A DNA stretch of 63,916 nt, filler included, from Octopus bimaculoides (lineage: Eukaryota), in NCBI RefSeq assembly GCF_001194135.2. It is 8 parts of 8 records of this genome, joined end to end, with 100 filler letters (N's around TTAATTAATTAA, not from the genome) between each part and the next. Parts side by side here need not be neighbours in the genome. Positions count along the whole stretch, not along the records: positions 7,593 to 26,079 come from NC_068990.1; 7 more parts are not named here. The stretch is one strand, 5' to 3'. The position numbers and the translations under genes were made by a program. The notes beneath the pieces are model-generated. The model saw only the letters and a program-made list of their open reading frames with translations, made no database searches and was not told the origin of the DNA. Positions 12,526 to 24,212 of this stretch are shown one piece after another (the first letter of the stretch is position 1; each line of letters begins with the position of its first letter).

Positions 12526-15500
12526 NNNNNNNNNNNNNNNNNNNNNNNNNNNNNNNNNNNNNNNNNNNNNNNNNNNNNNNNNNNNNNNNNNNNNNNNNNN
12601 NNNNNNNNNNNNNNNNNNNNNNNNNNNNNNNNNNNNNNNNNNNNNNNNNNNNNNNNNNNNNNNNNNNNNNNNNNNNNNNNNNNNNNNNNNNNNNNNNNNN
12701 NNNNNNNNNNNNNNNNNNNNNNNNNNNNNNNNNNNNNNNNNNNNNNNNNNNNNNNNNNNNNNNNNNNNNNTGCCGATGGAAAGCTCTGGGCAGTGAAGAC
12801 ATTGAAGGTCAAGAATGAAACATATTTTGTGTGGTTGGTTGGTTGGTTATATTGAATGGGAAATTTGCTTGTTGGTCATTTTATTATTATTTTGGTGTCA
12901 AATGTACAATAATGGCTCCCTTATTTCTGTCAGTGCTACCAGTCTCTGCCAAGTGAGATGTTTAAACATGGCACATGGCTTCTCTACTTCCTGTTGACAA
13001 GGACACCATTAAATGTATGTCATAACTTGCACCTCATGTCTTGTTTTGATGTTATATAATAGAAAAATGGTGTGTGTGTGTGTGTGTGTGTGTGTGTGCC
13101 AGTTGTGTTGGTAAAATATAGTTTTGGTCAGTTGTGAGGTGACATTGCCTAAGTCATCATGTAACAGTGACTGGTTTAAAAGGAAATTTGTCAGGATTGG
13201 GTCTATTGAAGAAGGGAGAGAGAAATATTGGTAAGCTTTTTCTGCACACTTGATGAAGTTTTTCACAGCAACAAATAACTTGTACAGTACAGCCACCAAA
13301 ATATTAAACAGATATTCTTTTTTTTTTCTTCTTTTTTTTCAATTTTGCTTTCCAATTTTGCTTATCAGATTTTTTTTTCTTGTTTTTGGCTTCCATTTCT
13401 TTTCATGAGAGCAGGAGAAGGAGGGAAAAAAGAGATAATAATAAAAGTAATGATAATTATAGACAGCCGATCAGTAATAAGAAAGGAAAAAAACAGGATG
13501 TGAATTCACAAAAAGGATAAATTTTGTTTTCTTTCATAGATAACAGATAAATGAAATATAATTTGTCAGTCATCAAGGCCATGTTAAATAACATAGAGAA
13601 GACTTAGAGTGATGCCTATTGCAGCTCAGTTCCTGGGCAAAAATGACTCAATGCTAGTCGTTGATCAGTGCTTGACTGAGCACTGGTACAATGTCAACCT
13701 TGCAGTCATTGTGCAATGGACCAAATTTTCTCAGAGATTAATTGAAGATTAAAGATATTTAAAATATTCTTAGAGTTTAGTTAGGAATAAACCCTCCTCC
13801 AAACATTTGAAAAAGAGAGGAAAAAAAAATGATGTGGAATCAGATATTCTTTTTTTTTTCATTTTTCATTCAATTTTAAATTAAAAAATCTATTTTTAGA
13901 TTAAAATTTTACTTGACAATTTACTGTATATATATATATATNNNNNNNNNNNNNNNNNNNNNNNNNNNNNNNNNNNNNNNNNNNNNNNNNNNNNNNNNNN
14001 NNNNNNNNNNNNNNNNNNNNNNNNNNNNNNNNNNNNNNNNNNNNNNNNNNNNNNNNNNNNNNNNNNNNNNNNNNNNNNNNNNNNNNNNNNNNNNNNNNNN
14101 NNNNNNNNNNNNNNNNNNNNNNNNNNNNNNNNNNNNNNNNNNNNNNNNNNNNNNNNNNNNNNNNNNNNNNNNNNNNNNNNNNNNNNNNNNNNNNNNNNNN
14201 NNNNNNNNNNNNNNNNNNNNNNNNNNNNNNNNNNNNNNNNNNNNNNNNNNNNNNNNNNNNNNNNNNNNNNNNNNNNNNNNNNNNNNNNNNNNNNNNNNNN
14301 NNNNNNNNNNNNNNNNNNNNNNNNNNNNNNNNNNNNNNNNNNNNNNNNNNNAAAGAGAGAAAGCGGAATTAGAAAGAAAGAAAGAACCTTAAAGAGTTAC
14401 AGATCTGGAAATCCTTAAACAAGTGTAAGAATTATTAAAATAGAAATGCATTTGTGAAGGATTGGAAGAGTAAATCTAAAAGAGAATTCAAACCAATTTT
14501 TATGTCTGCCTCTCTATTAAATAGATAGGCAGACATATTGGAAACATTTAAAGTATGAGAGCTTTGAGCTTTTGTAGCTGTTGGTTTGATAATGTTGTTA
14601 GAACTACAGAATATTTAGAGGCAACCAGCAACCCATAGACCCAGTTTGATGGATGTGCTTTTGGGACCACACAGTAGATACTATAAGAAGCCATGTCTAG
14701 TTGAGTTGGTGGGGGGGGGGAAATATAATGTGGCAGTTGAGGGATGTTGGTAAAGAAGAAAATTATGAATGGGTTGCAATGATGTGCATTCATGAATGGA
14801 CAACCACAATATGAGATGTGTAAATGTGTAAATGCTGGTAGATAACACTTGGCCTTTATGTTATGGTGCTTTCTGATGGTCATATGCATTGCAAGAAGGA
14901 GTTGATAAAATGTGTGTGTGTGTGTGTGTGTGTGTTTTCATGTCAAGCTATAGATAAAAATAATTTAACATAAAAATGAGGAATTACTCAATACTTTTAA
15001 AGTAGAGGACAAGTTTATTAAAGTTTTACAAGAAAACAGATGACAGTGACTTGGAAATTTCAGCTCACTTACCTTTGTTAGTCTGACAAAGACAAGAAAA
15101 CTAAAACTTTGAAGTTACAGTCAAACTTTTCCTTATATGTATTTATTTATTTATTTGTGTGTGTATATATATATATATATATGGTTTTATGTATGCATTC
15201 ATGCAGGTACCAATACTAACTTTCAAAACGTATTTTACATAACTGAAGATTAAGTCAGTGTTTGAATTTGAAGGCTGAAACCTGTTTCCCAATGATTGAC
15301 TTGTAACAAATAAACAATTGCTATCTCATAGAAACATTATTTTAGCAAATTGTTCCATGATTTTGAGAAGACAACATCATTAATCAAAGATTTATCAACA
15401 AGAAATACCTTTAATTTCTAACAATGAGAATTTTCCCCTTCTGTTTTGTTTAATTTTACAGTGTAACGCGAGTAAAAAATGTGTGTGCTTACAAAATAAT

Positions 15501-17740
15501 CTGAGATAGACTTCTTTTCGTAGAAGAGAGAAAGTTAGTTGTGATTAAGGTAAATGTTGAAAGGTAAAAGACCTGTGAACATATAAACACACACACACAC
15601 ACACACAAACATACTTATTACACACCCCTGATATGTAGCCAAGCATTATAGAAATTTACAAAGCCACACAGAAAAAAAAAAAAAAAAAAACAGTGGGAGA
15701 GAGCAGCATGATGCAAGTGTAAGGTTTGGATGGCACAGAAAAAAAAAAAAGTCCAGTAGTCTTATAGTAGGAAATTTTGTTTCCCATCAATTATTAAAAT
15801 TATATTTATGGGTGTAGAGAAAAATAATGTAGTAGAAAGTTTGAAAAAAAAAAAGGAAAAAGATTTTGATGTTGAATGAAGTGATTTTAAGCATTAAAGG
15901 GGTCACCATCAATTCTCTTTAAACATTGTAATTGTTTTATTTATTTATTTTTTTTCTGTTTTGTTTTCCTCAGCAAGAAGAGACATAATACTTGGCAGGA
16001 GATTCCTGCAATTTCTTTTAAGATCAAAACTCTCAACCAATTCTCAAGTCTGCTTGTTATCACTGCATCTGAATGCACCATACACACAGCCTGTCATACT
16101 CTCAGCAAATACACTTTTTGGAGATGAAAGGAAAAAGGATAAGAACAAGAAAAAAAATGAAGAAAGTTTTAAAAATATATATATATATAGAAAGAGGGAG
16201 AGAGAGAGAGAGATATTATATATAATTAAAGCAAGACTTGAAGAAAAGGTGAGATGTTGAATGATCTCTTTTGCAATAGTTCACAGAAACAATACTATCG
16301 CTGCAGCAGGCCCAATCCCATGTATGCTAGAGGAAGATGGCAATGCAAGTTCTGTTTGGAAGTGGAGTGACCAACATCTCCATTTTTTTTTGACTAGAAT
16401 GTTAACCAGATCGCCAGGCAACAGCACTGCAAAAGAAAAGCACCAACCATATGTGGTGTGTACAATAACAGCATCAGCATTAGTGCACCTCTCAAAAACA
16501 GTTTTTGAGAGTCAGTTCAACCCTAAACCCCTTTCCTTTTTTTCACTCTAATCACCACTAAAACACCCACCTGCTTACCTCCGGAGGCAAGATGACTCCT
16601 AAACCATTATTTCAGTTTCCAGCAGTTAACATGTTTATAATCAGAGCAAGCATTTTACACATATGTAAAATAAAGCCAAAGTGCAACTGTAGAATTCATG
16701 TTGCAGATGTGTTCTTATTGAATCCTGAAGAAATTCAACTGCAACAACAACAACAACAACTTGCACACATCAACAATAGTGGAAACTGCAATCATCATCA
16801 ATGCACCACAGCTATTGTTGCCAGATACAACTAAACAAATATAATGCAAATGACTTTGCAACTTTATATATATATATATATATAGATATACATATTTATA
16901 TACTGGTGGTACTTCTGTTTCAATGTAGATATCAATTCAAATGGTAATGTTATTATTAAGGTTTACCATTTCATAATTTGGCCGCAGGGTAACTTCACCA
17001 GTAAGAATGCTTGTGAAATACTTTTAAATGGTAACATTTTAAGAGCGAATAAATGTCCGGCATCACATAACGCTGACAAATCTGAGCAGCTCCATTTCTT
17101 TTCTCCATTTCTTTTCTCTGCGATGTAGATTAGGTTGAAAAATAAAAGAATTTGACAAATACAGCTGACTTATTCACATAGAAAAACTCTGTGACAGAAG
17201 GGTTGTTACATGAAGTGGTGACACTAACTTAAAAGCACTCATACAATAGAACAACAACAACAACAACAACAGCAGGTTGTACTGGAAAGTGTTTGTCTTT
17301 TTTTGCTTGTTAATTTTGAGACTAATATTTCATTTTAGCCTTTGGTTGGTATGTGGACACATTAGCTGTTACCTTAAAAAGGTATATTGCATGGGCGACG
17401 GTAGAAATGTAACAATAATAAGCAGGACAGTGATAACATGAAGTAATTCATAAGCAGAAGTCAGTTGAAGCAAAATTCCGATTCACAGTGAGGAATGGAA
17501 AAAAAATTAAACACAAAGAATTATTACCTCAGACAGACAAGAGACATTTACATGTGCACACACACCCAGAGGGACTTGGAAAGAAAAGATTGGTAGAAAA
17601 AATATGTCAGCTGATATTGAAGATAAGATGGAGGGTTCATTATAAAGAAAAATGTTATCTGAATGATGTAAAGAAATGAAAAGTCACTGACAAAAGAATT
17701 ATCTTCACCCGATATACATACATATGTATATTATACACAC

Positions 17741-17794
<54 letters not shown>

Positions 17795-17847
17795 NNNNNN
17801 NNNNNNNNNNNNNNNNNNNNNNNNNNNNNNNNNNNNNNNNNNNNNNN

Positions 17848-17886
<39 letters not shown>

Positions 17887-18144
17887 CACATCTTTGAAAT
17901 ATTTTTTAATCGGCAGAAAATTACAAGGATAACTTGACAGTGAAGAGTTTTATGGATGATAATCATCAAACTGACTTTTCTAACATTTTGCAAGTTAAAA
18001 TTTAAAAAAAAAAGTGTGTGTGATATATATGTATATGTGTGTGTGTGTGTGTGTGTTGTGTAAATATGAAAGAAAAAGACAAGATAGAAATCATGAAGGC
18101 CTCCATCCTCCACAGAAAACATGCAAATTCAATGAGGAAGCAAT

Positions 18145-18210
18145 AGGCACATCTATGAACAGAGAGGCACATCTATGAACAGAGAGGCACATCTATGAAC
18201 AGAGAGGCAC
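18145..18210 (+). repeat. Perfect 20-bp tandem repeat x3.3 (AGGCACATCTATGAACAGAG)
   Basis: Directly visible. Confidence 0.95.
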
Positions 18211-18405
18211 AGTTTGTAGAAGCAATGAACAAAGAAACCTATCCTGGCAAGCCAAAGGTGTAAAATCACTCAAAGCACTTGATGTGGTGGATTGTGGTCA
18301 GTAAGTAAGATACAGAAAACTAATATATGTGAGTAGATCCCAAGGACAGGTATACTCAATTATGTATTGTCTATATTTTACTGAGATAACTGATCACAGA
18401 TGTTT

Positions 18406-18443
<38 letters not shown>

Positions 18444-20337
18444 AGCAGCAGCAGCTTACAAACAGAAGCTTTTTTGTTTTTTGTGTCTTCTGTTGAAAAG
18501 AAATTCACACTTCTGCTGCACAGTGTTATGAAATTGCCCTTACGCAGATGCATGCATACAAGCACATGCAGAGCTGCATGTACATGCTTACATTTAATTG
18601 CACACACAATGTTTGCACGTATAATAGACACATGAATGTTACATCATGTGCAGCAAACCCTTCCAGTGACTGATTCTGTTCTGGATTAGCCAAGATCTCT
18701 CTCTCTCTAACACACACACACACACACACACACTAGTGTATGGCCACATAGAATGGAAAAGGCAAACAAAATCCATCAAGAGTTGCCAGCAGTTAAGTTA
18801 CATTTGTTCTTAGCATAAAACAGTATTTAACACTGAATCTGCAGGTTATAACAAACAAACTGGTATCCAAGGGCAACCGTAAATGACCATGTTACTTAGC
18901 AGAGAAATATCTAGAAAGGCAATGCTTCAGAGAATTCAGAACAAAACAAAAATAAGTGAAACAAAGCACTTAAAAAATAAAGAGAGAAAATGAAAATATT
19001 CTAAAGGTCAGACATACACAGAAATAGCTATAAACATACACATTCAAACATACATAGACATGTGTACATATGCATATATACATATACATGTGTACATATA
19101 TCAATGTGTTTGTGTGCATTTATATACACATATATAGCTACACATTCACACATGTATACACAGACAAATGTGACCAAGTCATGCAAAGAAAGGTTGAAAG
19201 AGTGAACAGTAAATGAAATGTCTGCCTACGCAGAGAAAGTTACAGATATTCTCACTCTCTCACACACACATACACACTGTAGACAGGAAATGCTAAGAAA
19301 AAAGGAGGATGCAGAGATAGCAACAAGATGACTAATGCTTGATCTCCAGTACTTTTCTTTCTTTAAATTTAAAAGAAAATAAAAGGTAAAAAAAAAAAAG
19401 AGCAAAAAGAATATAGAAAAGTAAAAAGCCTCATTGCACAGACATAATAACTATAATTACACAAGCAAAAAGGACAAGACGTCCATGGGAAGAAGTGGTG
19501 GCAATGGTGTGTTGGTTGGTGATGGCCCATAGAAGGACTAAGAGCCAGGTGGGGGAAGGTGAGAAGATTAGTTCACTGAAGAGTGGTACAGGAATTGAAT
19601 CCCTATTCACAGAAAGGGGTCAGGGAGGCTCTCTGAAAATAATATCAGAATAGCAATAATAATAATAATAATAACAATAATTGTTATTCCTCAGAAATAG
19701 GCTTGCAATCTCAGGCTCAAAGAGAAGTTTTGATGTTTATGCCTTCACGAAAAGCATCAGGAAACTTAGTGCTTCCAACAGGAATCAATCCTCAGCTTGC
19801 CTATAACTTGTTGTAGTAGTAGTAGTAGTAATAATAATAATAATAAAACTTCTTAGGCACAAAGTTTGAGAATTTAGGGGAGGGTAACAGGAAATTGCTA
19901 CATTCATATCTTTCCCAAGGGCATTAGCAATGGCAACAAAGCAGTTCCTGGTGGGAATTGAAACCAGCAAGACTATTTGGTTTGCCAAACACTTACTGCC
20001 ACACCACAGTACCTGCCACAACAATAGCAATAATAATAATAATGATGATAATGATAATAATAGTAATAATGGTGGTAGTAGTAACAAAACATCGAAGAAT
20101 GAGTTGTCTAAGCCAGCCAACACAACTTTCTGTCCAAGTTTTGCCTTGCAGTCAATTGAAGCCTAACAACAACAACAACAACAAAAACAACAAAAACAAC
20201 AACTAGCCAACACATGAGCATCACAGATAAGAAAATAGTTTATAAAAATCTTCTGCTAAAAGTTCTTGATTCTTTTCTTTCCCCCTGTAATATGTAAATT
20301 AGTATCATTTCGTTTTTTTCTTTTTTTTACTTAATTT

Positions 20338-21143
20338 TTTATTCATCATTTAATTTTATTCTGTTTGAAATGTCAATTTTTTTGCTTGTCTTTTTTTTTT
20401 TTTTTCAAATACTCGCATGATAATGTAGCGCCTTTGAGTTGGATCCATAAAGAGGACCACAATATATGGAGCAGTAAAGAGTGTGACTTGAAGAGGCAAG
20501 ACAGAAATTCTCTTCAGACACACTGCTTCCGGAATAAAGGACTGGAGGAAGAGAAAAGAATAAAAAGGAAAAAAAAAAAAAAAAAAAAAAAAAAGGAAAA
20601 AACCCCGGTCCATGAAATGCCAACATTTCTTGACTTGTAGAAAAGTAAAAGTCCAAACTTTACATGGTGTATATGTGAGAGGGATGAGAGGGATAAGAGG
20701 AAATACAAGTCACCAGAAAAGAGAGAAGCTGTCGGCATTTACGGTCGGTGGAGCTGAACAGTTGCCATATATTGTGTAACAGTCATCGTTTCGGAGGTTT
20801 GGTAGCAGAGTAGGTATTTTGTAGAGAGAAGGAGAGAGAAAAAAAAAAAAAAGAAGATAACAATAATTGATAGTGTGTGGTGATGAAAAAGGAGGGTTCG
20901 AGGTAAGGATTCCTGTTACCTCAGAATTGAACACAAAAGTGTCTGTTGCCATGTGTCTGCTGACAAAGAGACAACAGAACAACCATAGACGCTTGATGTC
21001 AGGTTGATTGGCAAAAAAACACTTCAAGGCCAAGCCTGACACTTCTTGATGTGCACAGCTAGTGGCCAGATGCTGAAGATAAACAATGTCTATATCCAGT
21101 GGATCATAATGTATGCAGTTAGCAGCACCTAACCACCGTTAGT
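20338..21143 (-). other. Putative proximal 3' UTR of the HDAC gene
   Basis: U-rich sequence after the stop codon with two minus-strand AATAAA hexamers (plus tttatt at 20355-20360 and 20338-20343). The true end is unknown. Confidence 0.35.
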
Positions 21144-21201
21144 TTAAGATTCTTCTTCCATTGGCTCAGCGGATTCTGGTTCTGACATTGCTGAAGACCC
21201 A
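21144..21201 (-). CDS. HDAC4: Class IIa HDAC terminal coding exon: (S)GSSAMSEPESAEPMEEES*
   Basis: Long pyrimidine acceptor tttctttctttcttttgtag|T. Phase 2 fits the previous exon. Ends EPMEEES-TAA, cf. human HDAC4 EPMEEEPPL. Confidence 0.88.
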
Positions 21202-21570
21202 CTACAAAAGAAAGAAAGAAACAAAGAGAAAAAGTAAATTTTTTATTCAAATGGGAATCAATAATTATTGCTTAATTAATACATTATATACACACAACCA
21301 GCATCTAAAAAAAAAATCAATCACCAACCCACGCAGGTGTGCTTTCACTTCTTATCTTACTCAACAATTTCTCGTTATCTCTATACCTTCTCCACCTGTT
21401 TGTCCCTTCTCGTCACATCCTGTTTATAGTGTCCCACACTAAATACTTGTTTCTTAGAAAAGTAACCGTTGTGTCGACGCCCCCAAGCGAAGAAGTAGGA
21501 TCGCCCAAGACATATAAATAGAGGTAGCCTGGCCGTGGTGGGTGTGTTGAGTAGCAGTCGAGTAGCTATA

Positions 21571-21880
21571 ATTATTATTCAGGTCACTGCCTGAAATCAA
21601 ACTCGGAATCCTGGGGTTAGTAAGCCTGCGCTCTTAACCACTATGCCATATTGCGTAGCGGTTAAGAGCGTGGGCTACCAAACCCAAGATTCTGAGTTTG
21701 ATTCCAGACAGTGACCTGATTAATAATAATAACATCGAAAACATACCTTAGGAATGAGAACCCAGGTTTGAAATTTCCCCCAAGACACCTGATGAAGGCT
21801 GGAGGGTATATCAGCCGAAACGTTGTGTTAACAACAAAGAAGATGAGGACAAATATCTGTCAATTGTAAATAATGTTCTT
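21571..21880 (+). mobile_element. Non-autonomous Penelope-type element: inverted-duplicated tRNA-like head followed by a hammerhead-bearing tail, in the last HDAC intron
   Basis: 21571-21650 is an inverted copy of 21651-21730, both with A/B boxes. The tail contains ctgatgaaggctg...cagccgaaacgtt. Confidence 0.65.
21784..21829 (+). ncRNA. Minimal type I hammerhead ribozyme motif (HHR-1)
   Basis: Stem I gacac/gtgtt; CUGAUGA plus one extra A; stem II ggctg/cagcc; GAAA; palindromic AACGUU stem III; predicted cleavage after GUU at 21824. Confidence 0.7.
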
Positions 21881-22268
21881 GATGACTAGTTACTCTTTGC
21901 AATACCAACCACTCAACTTTAGCCCTTTTGATACCAAACTGCCCAAAGCTAGCACTGGTTCTAGGGTACAAACTTCCATTTTGCAGTGGTCTAAATCAAA
22001 ATTTTATGCTGATTTGTTCCAAACATCAGCTTAATAACAGTAATGTCATTTTACCATATTCCTTGTTCCCAAAATTAATTGGAACACAAGGAGTGTATTT
22101 CATTGGAAATACAGCAACAAGATAACTCTGAGTAAAGGTAAAGTTAATGAAACAGAACTCATTATAACTTGATGCAGATTGCAAGGACAGTGGTGATAAT
22201 CTCTAACCAGGCTATTAATCTGTTAAAACCCCAAATCATATTCACTTTGTTTTGAGTAAAGAACTTAC

Positions 22269-22404
22269 CTTCTTTTTGCAGTAACCATGGACAAGGAAGC
22301 TAAAGCAGAAACAGTATCAGCTTCTTCTATTTCTCTTCTTTGAGCCTCCAATAAAGAGTAGCTGATGGTGGATTGATAACGTTTTAAACAAGGCCAGTGA
22401 GTTG
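22269..22404 (-). CDS. HDAC4: Class IIa HDAC coding exon with NES: (A)THWPCLKRYQSTISYSLLEAQRREIEEADTVSALASLSMVTAKR
   Basis: Acceptor cctttcacag|C and donor AAG|gtaagt; 136 nt. EEADTVSALASLSM matches the HDAC4 C-terminal EEAETVTAMASLSV nuclear export signal. Confidence 0.93.
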
Positions 22405-22477
22405 CTGTGAAAGGATAGTGAATGAGATACAATGAAACAAAGTGTGACATGAATGAATGTTCTATATATATATATTT

Positions 22478-22890
22478 ATCTCCAAGCCTATGCATTAATG
22501 TTCCTCTGCCTACTGACCTCAAACTGAGACCCATCATTGCTGGCCCTGCTTGTGAAACCCACTGTTTGAGCAACTTCCCTCGACATCTTACTCAAACTGT
22601 TTCTAAAATATGTGAAAAGCTTCATCAGGGATGACTTAGACATGCTTAACCACCTCCCGGAGACAGTAAATGAAGGAACCCTGTTAGTATCATTCGATGT
22701 GGTGAATTTGTACACCAATATCCCACACGATTATGGTACAGAAGCGATCACCTTCTGGCTAGAAAAATACCCAGAAGAAATCCCAGGGTGCATCAACCAC
22801 AGATTCATAATCGCAGCACTCAAATTCATCCTATTGAACAATTATTTCATGTTTGATACAGTTTACTATCAACAAAAATCTGGAACACTA
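22478..22890 (+). mobile_element. Penelope-like element reverse transcriptase fragment (pseudogene) in an HDAC intron
   Basis: LRPIIAGP / LVSFDVVNLYTNIPH / LKFILLNNYFMFD..YYQQKSGT motifs are characteristic of PLE RT. Frameshifted and truncated. Confidence 0.85.
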
Positions 22891-23066
22891 CTAACCTTTC
22901 AATTAATACCACAAACCCCCATACATCCCATACATTCCATACACCATTCACATTACAAATCCAGATCTACCCTAAATTGCACCAAATCCAGAACTACTTA
23001 CCTCCCTTACACAAACTTTTTACTCAGGGACGAGTAGACCTGACACCGTTCAGTAATCGGTGTGCA

Positions 23067-23112
23067 TTCAAAGCAATGATTAGTAACATTACGAAACTGG
23101 TATGCTTTTGAA
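23067..23112 (+). ncRNA. Minimal type I hammerhead ribozyme motif with A3:U8 core variant (HHR-2)
   Basis: Stem I ttcaaagca/tgctt(t)tgaa (9-10 bp, one bulge); core AUGAUUA; stem II gta(a)/(t)tac; GAAA; stem III ACUGGU; GUA cleavage triplet at 23100-23102. About 180 nt downstream of the PLE RT remnant on the same strand. Confidence 0.7.
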
Positions 23113-24127
23113 TCTCTTTAACAATTCACAATAATGACTTTTATTACTTTTATTCTTACCTCAGTTCATCTAATTGTAAATATCTATCGTTACTTTTCAT
23201 AAAAAGCCTTTACTTTTTTTTTATTTCCAATGTACATTTTCGCTTATTTTTCTTCTTACNNNNNNNNNNGCAGTAATTCATGCCCTGGAATTTAGAATGA
23301 AACTTTTTCATTTTTTTCAGTATATTTCTTGTAGAACACTGGACAAAAAACCTTGTGTCATTTCTTCCAGTTCTGAACACTCAGGTTTCAAGTACTCCAA
23401 GGTTAACTTTGCCTTTCATCCTTTCGGGTTCAATACTAGAGTCAACTGTATTAGCTAACCAACTCCTATGTTTCAGGCCTTGTACCTATGCTAGATCTAA
23501 TTACAGTTGTTTTACACTTTCCCACCAGACTTATAATATGTCGTTTGATCTTGTATCAAAGTAGAGGACGTATTTCCAACACACACACATTTCATAGTTT
23601 GAATTCGATTACTGCTTAAGTCTTTCTTTATCATATTTCTGTCAAACGACGGCTTTGTGTTTCAATTAATTTTGAAAATGAATTTAGTAAAATAACTGTC
23701 ATTATTCAGTTTACGTCTGGAATATAAATTTATATGAAATGTTGTTGAAACGTTCCAAACACCAGCTTAATAATGACAGTTATTTTATTTAAAGTCTTCT
23801 TTATTTAAAAAACAATTAACTGAGACAAAGACAGCATATCGCAAGAAGAGAAATTTAGTCAGAGAATGGTTGTTAAGAGTTGATAGCTGCTCTAGAATCC
23901 ATCTGCTTAATCTGGAGCTGAAATAAATAAAGAATTTCTTATTCAGGTATGAAACTTCTTCACAAAAGAAGAATTTTGAGGTTTTTCTAGATTCACAATA
24001 GCAATGCCTATAATGAAATATGAACTTATGGTGATGAGGGCCGGTACCTAACTTCTTCAATCATTGCTATTCTTTGTTTCCAAGATAACAACAAAAAAAA
24101 GGAAGTGGACAGAAATTAAGTTGATAC

Positions 24128-24212
24128 CTTGTATGTTGAGAGTTCCTTCGTAAGTCTCAATAGCTGGTTTGCAGCATGACCGGCACAATTCTTCTTCTCG
24201 GATAGGTATTAG
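24128..24212 (-). CDS. HDAC4: Class IIa HDAC coding exon: LIPIREEELCRSCCKPAIETYEGTLNIQ
   Basis: Strong pyrimidine acceptor tctctgtctcttatag|C and donor AAG|gtatc; 85 nt (phase 0 to 1). Positionally equivalent to HDAC4 [28 protein letters not shown]. Too short for the ORF track. Confidence 0.85.

Noticed and set aside
23860-23920. Strong minus-strand acceptor tttatttatttcag|CTCCAG as an HDAC exon
   Set aside because: In the required phase it reads LQIKQMDSRAAINS* with no HDAC similarity, and 24128 already splices in phase to 22404.
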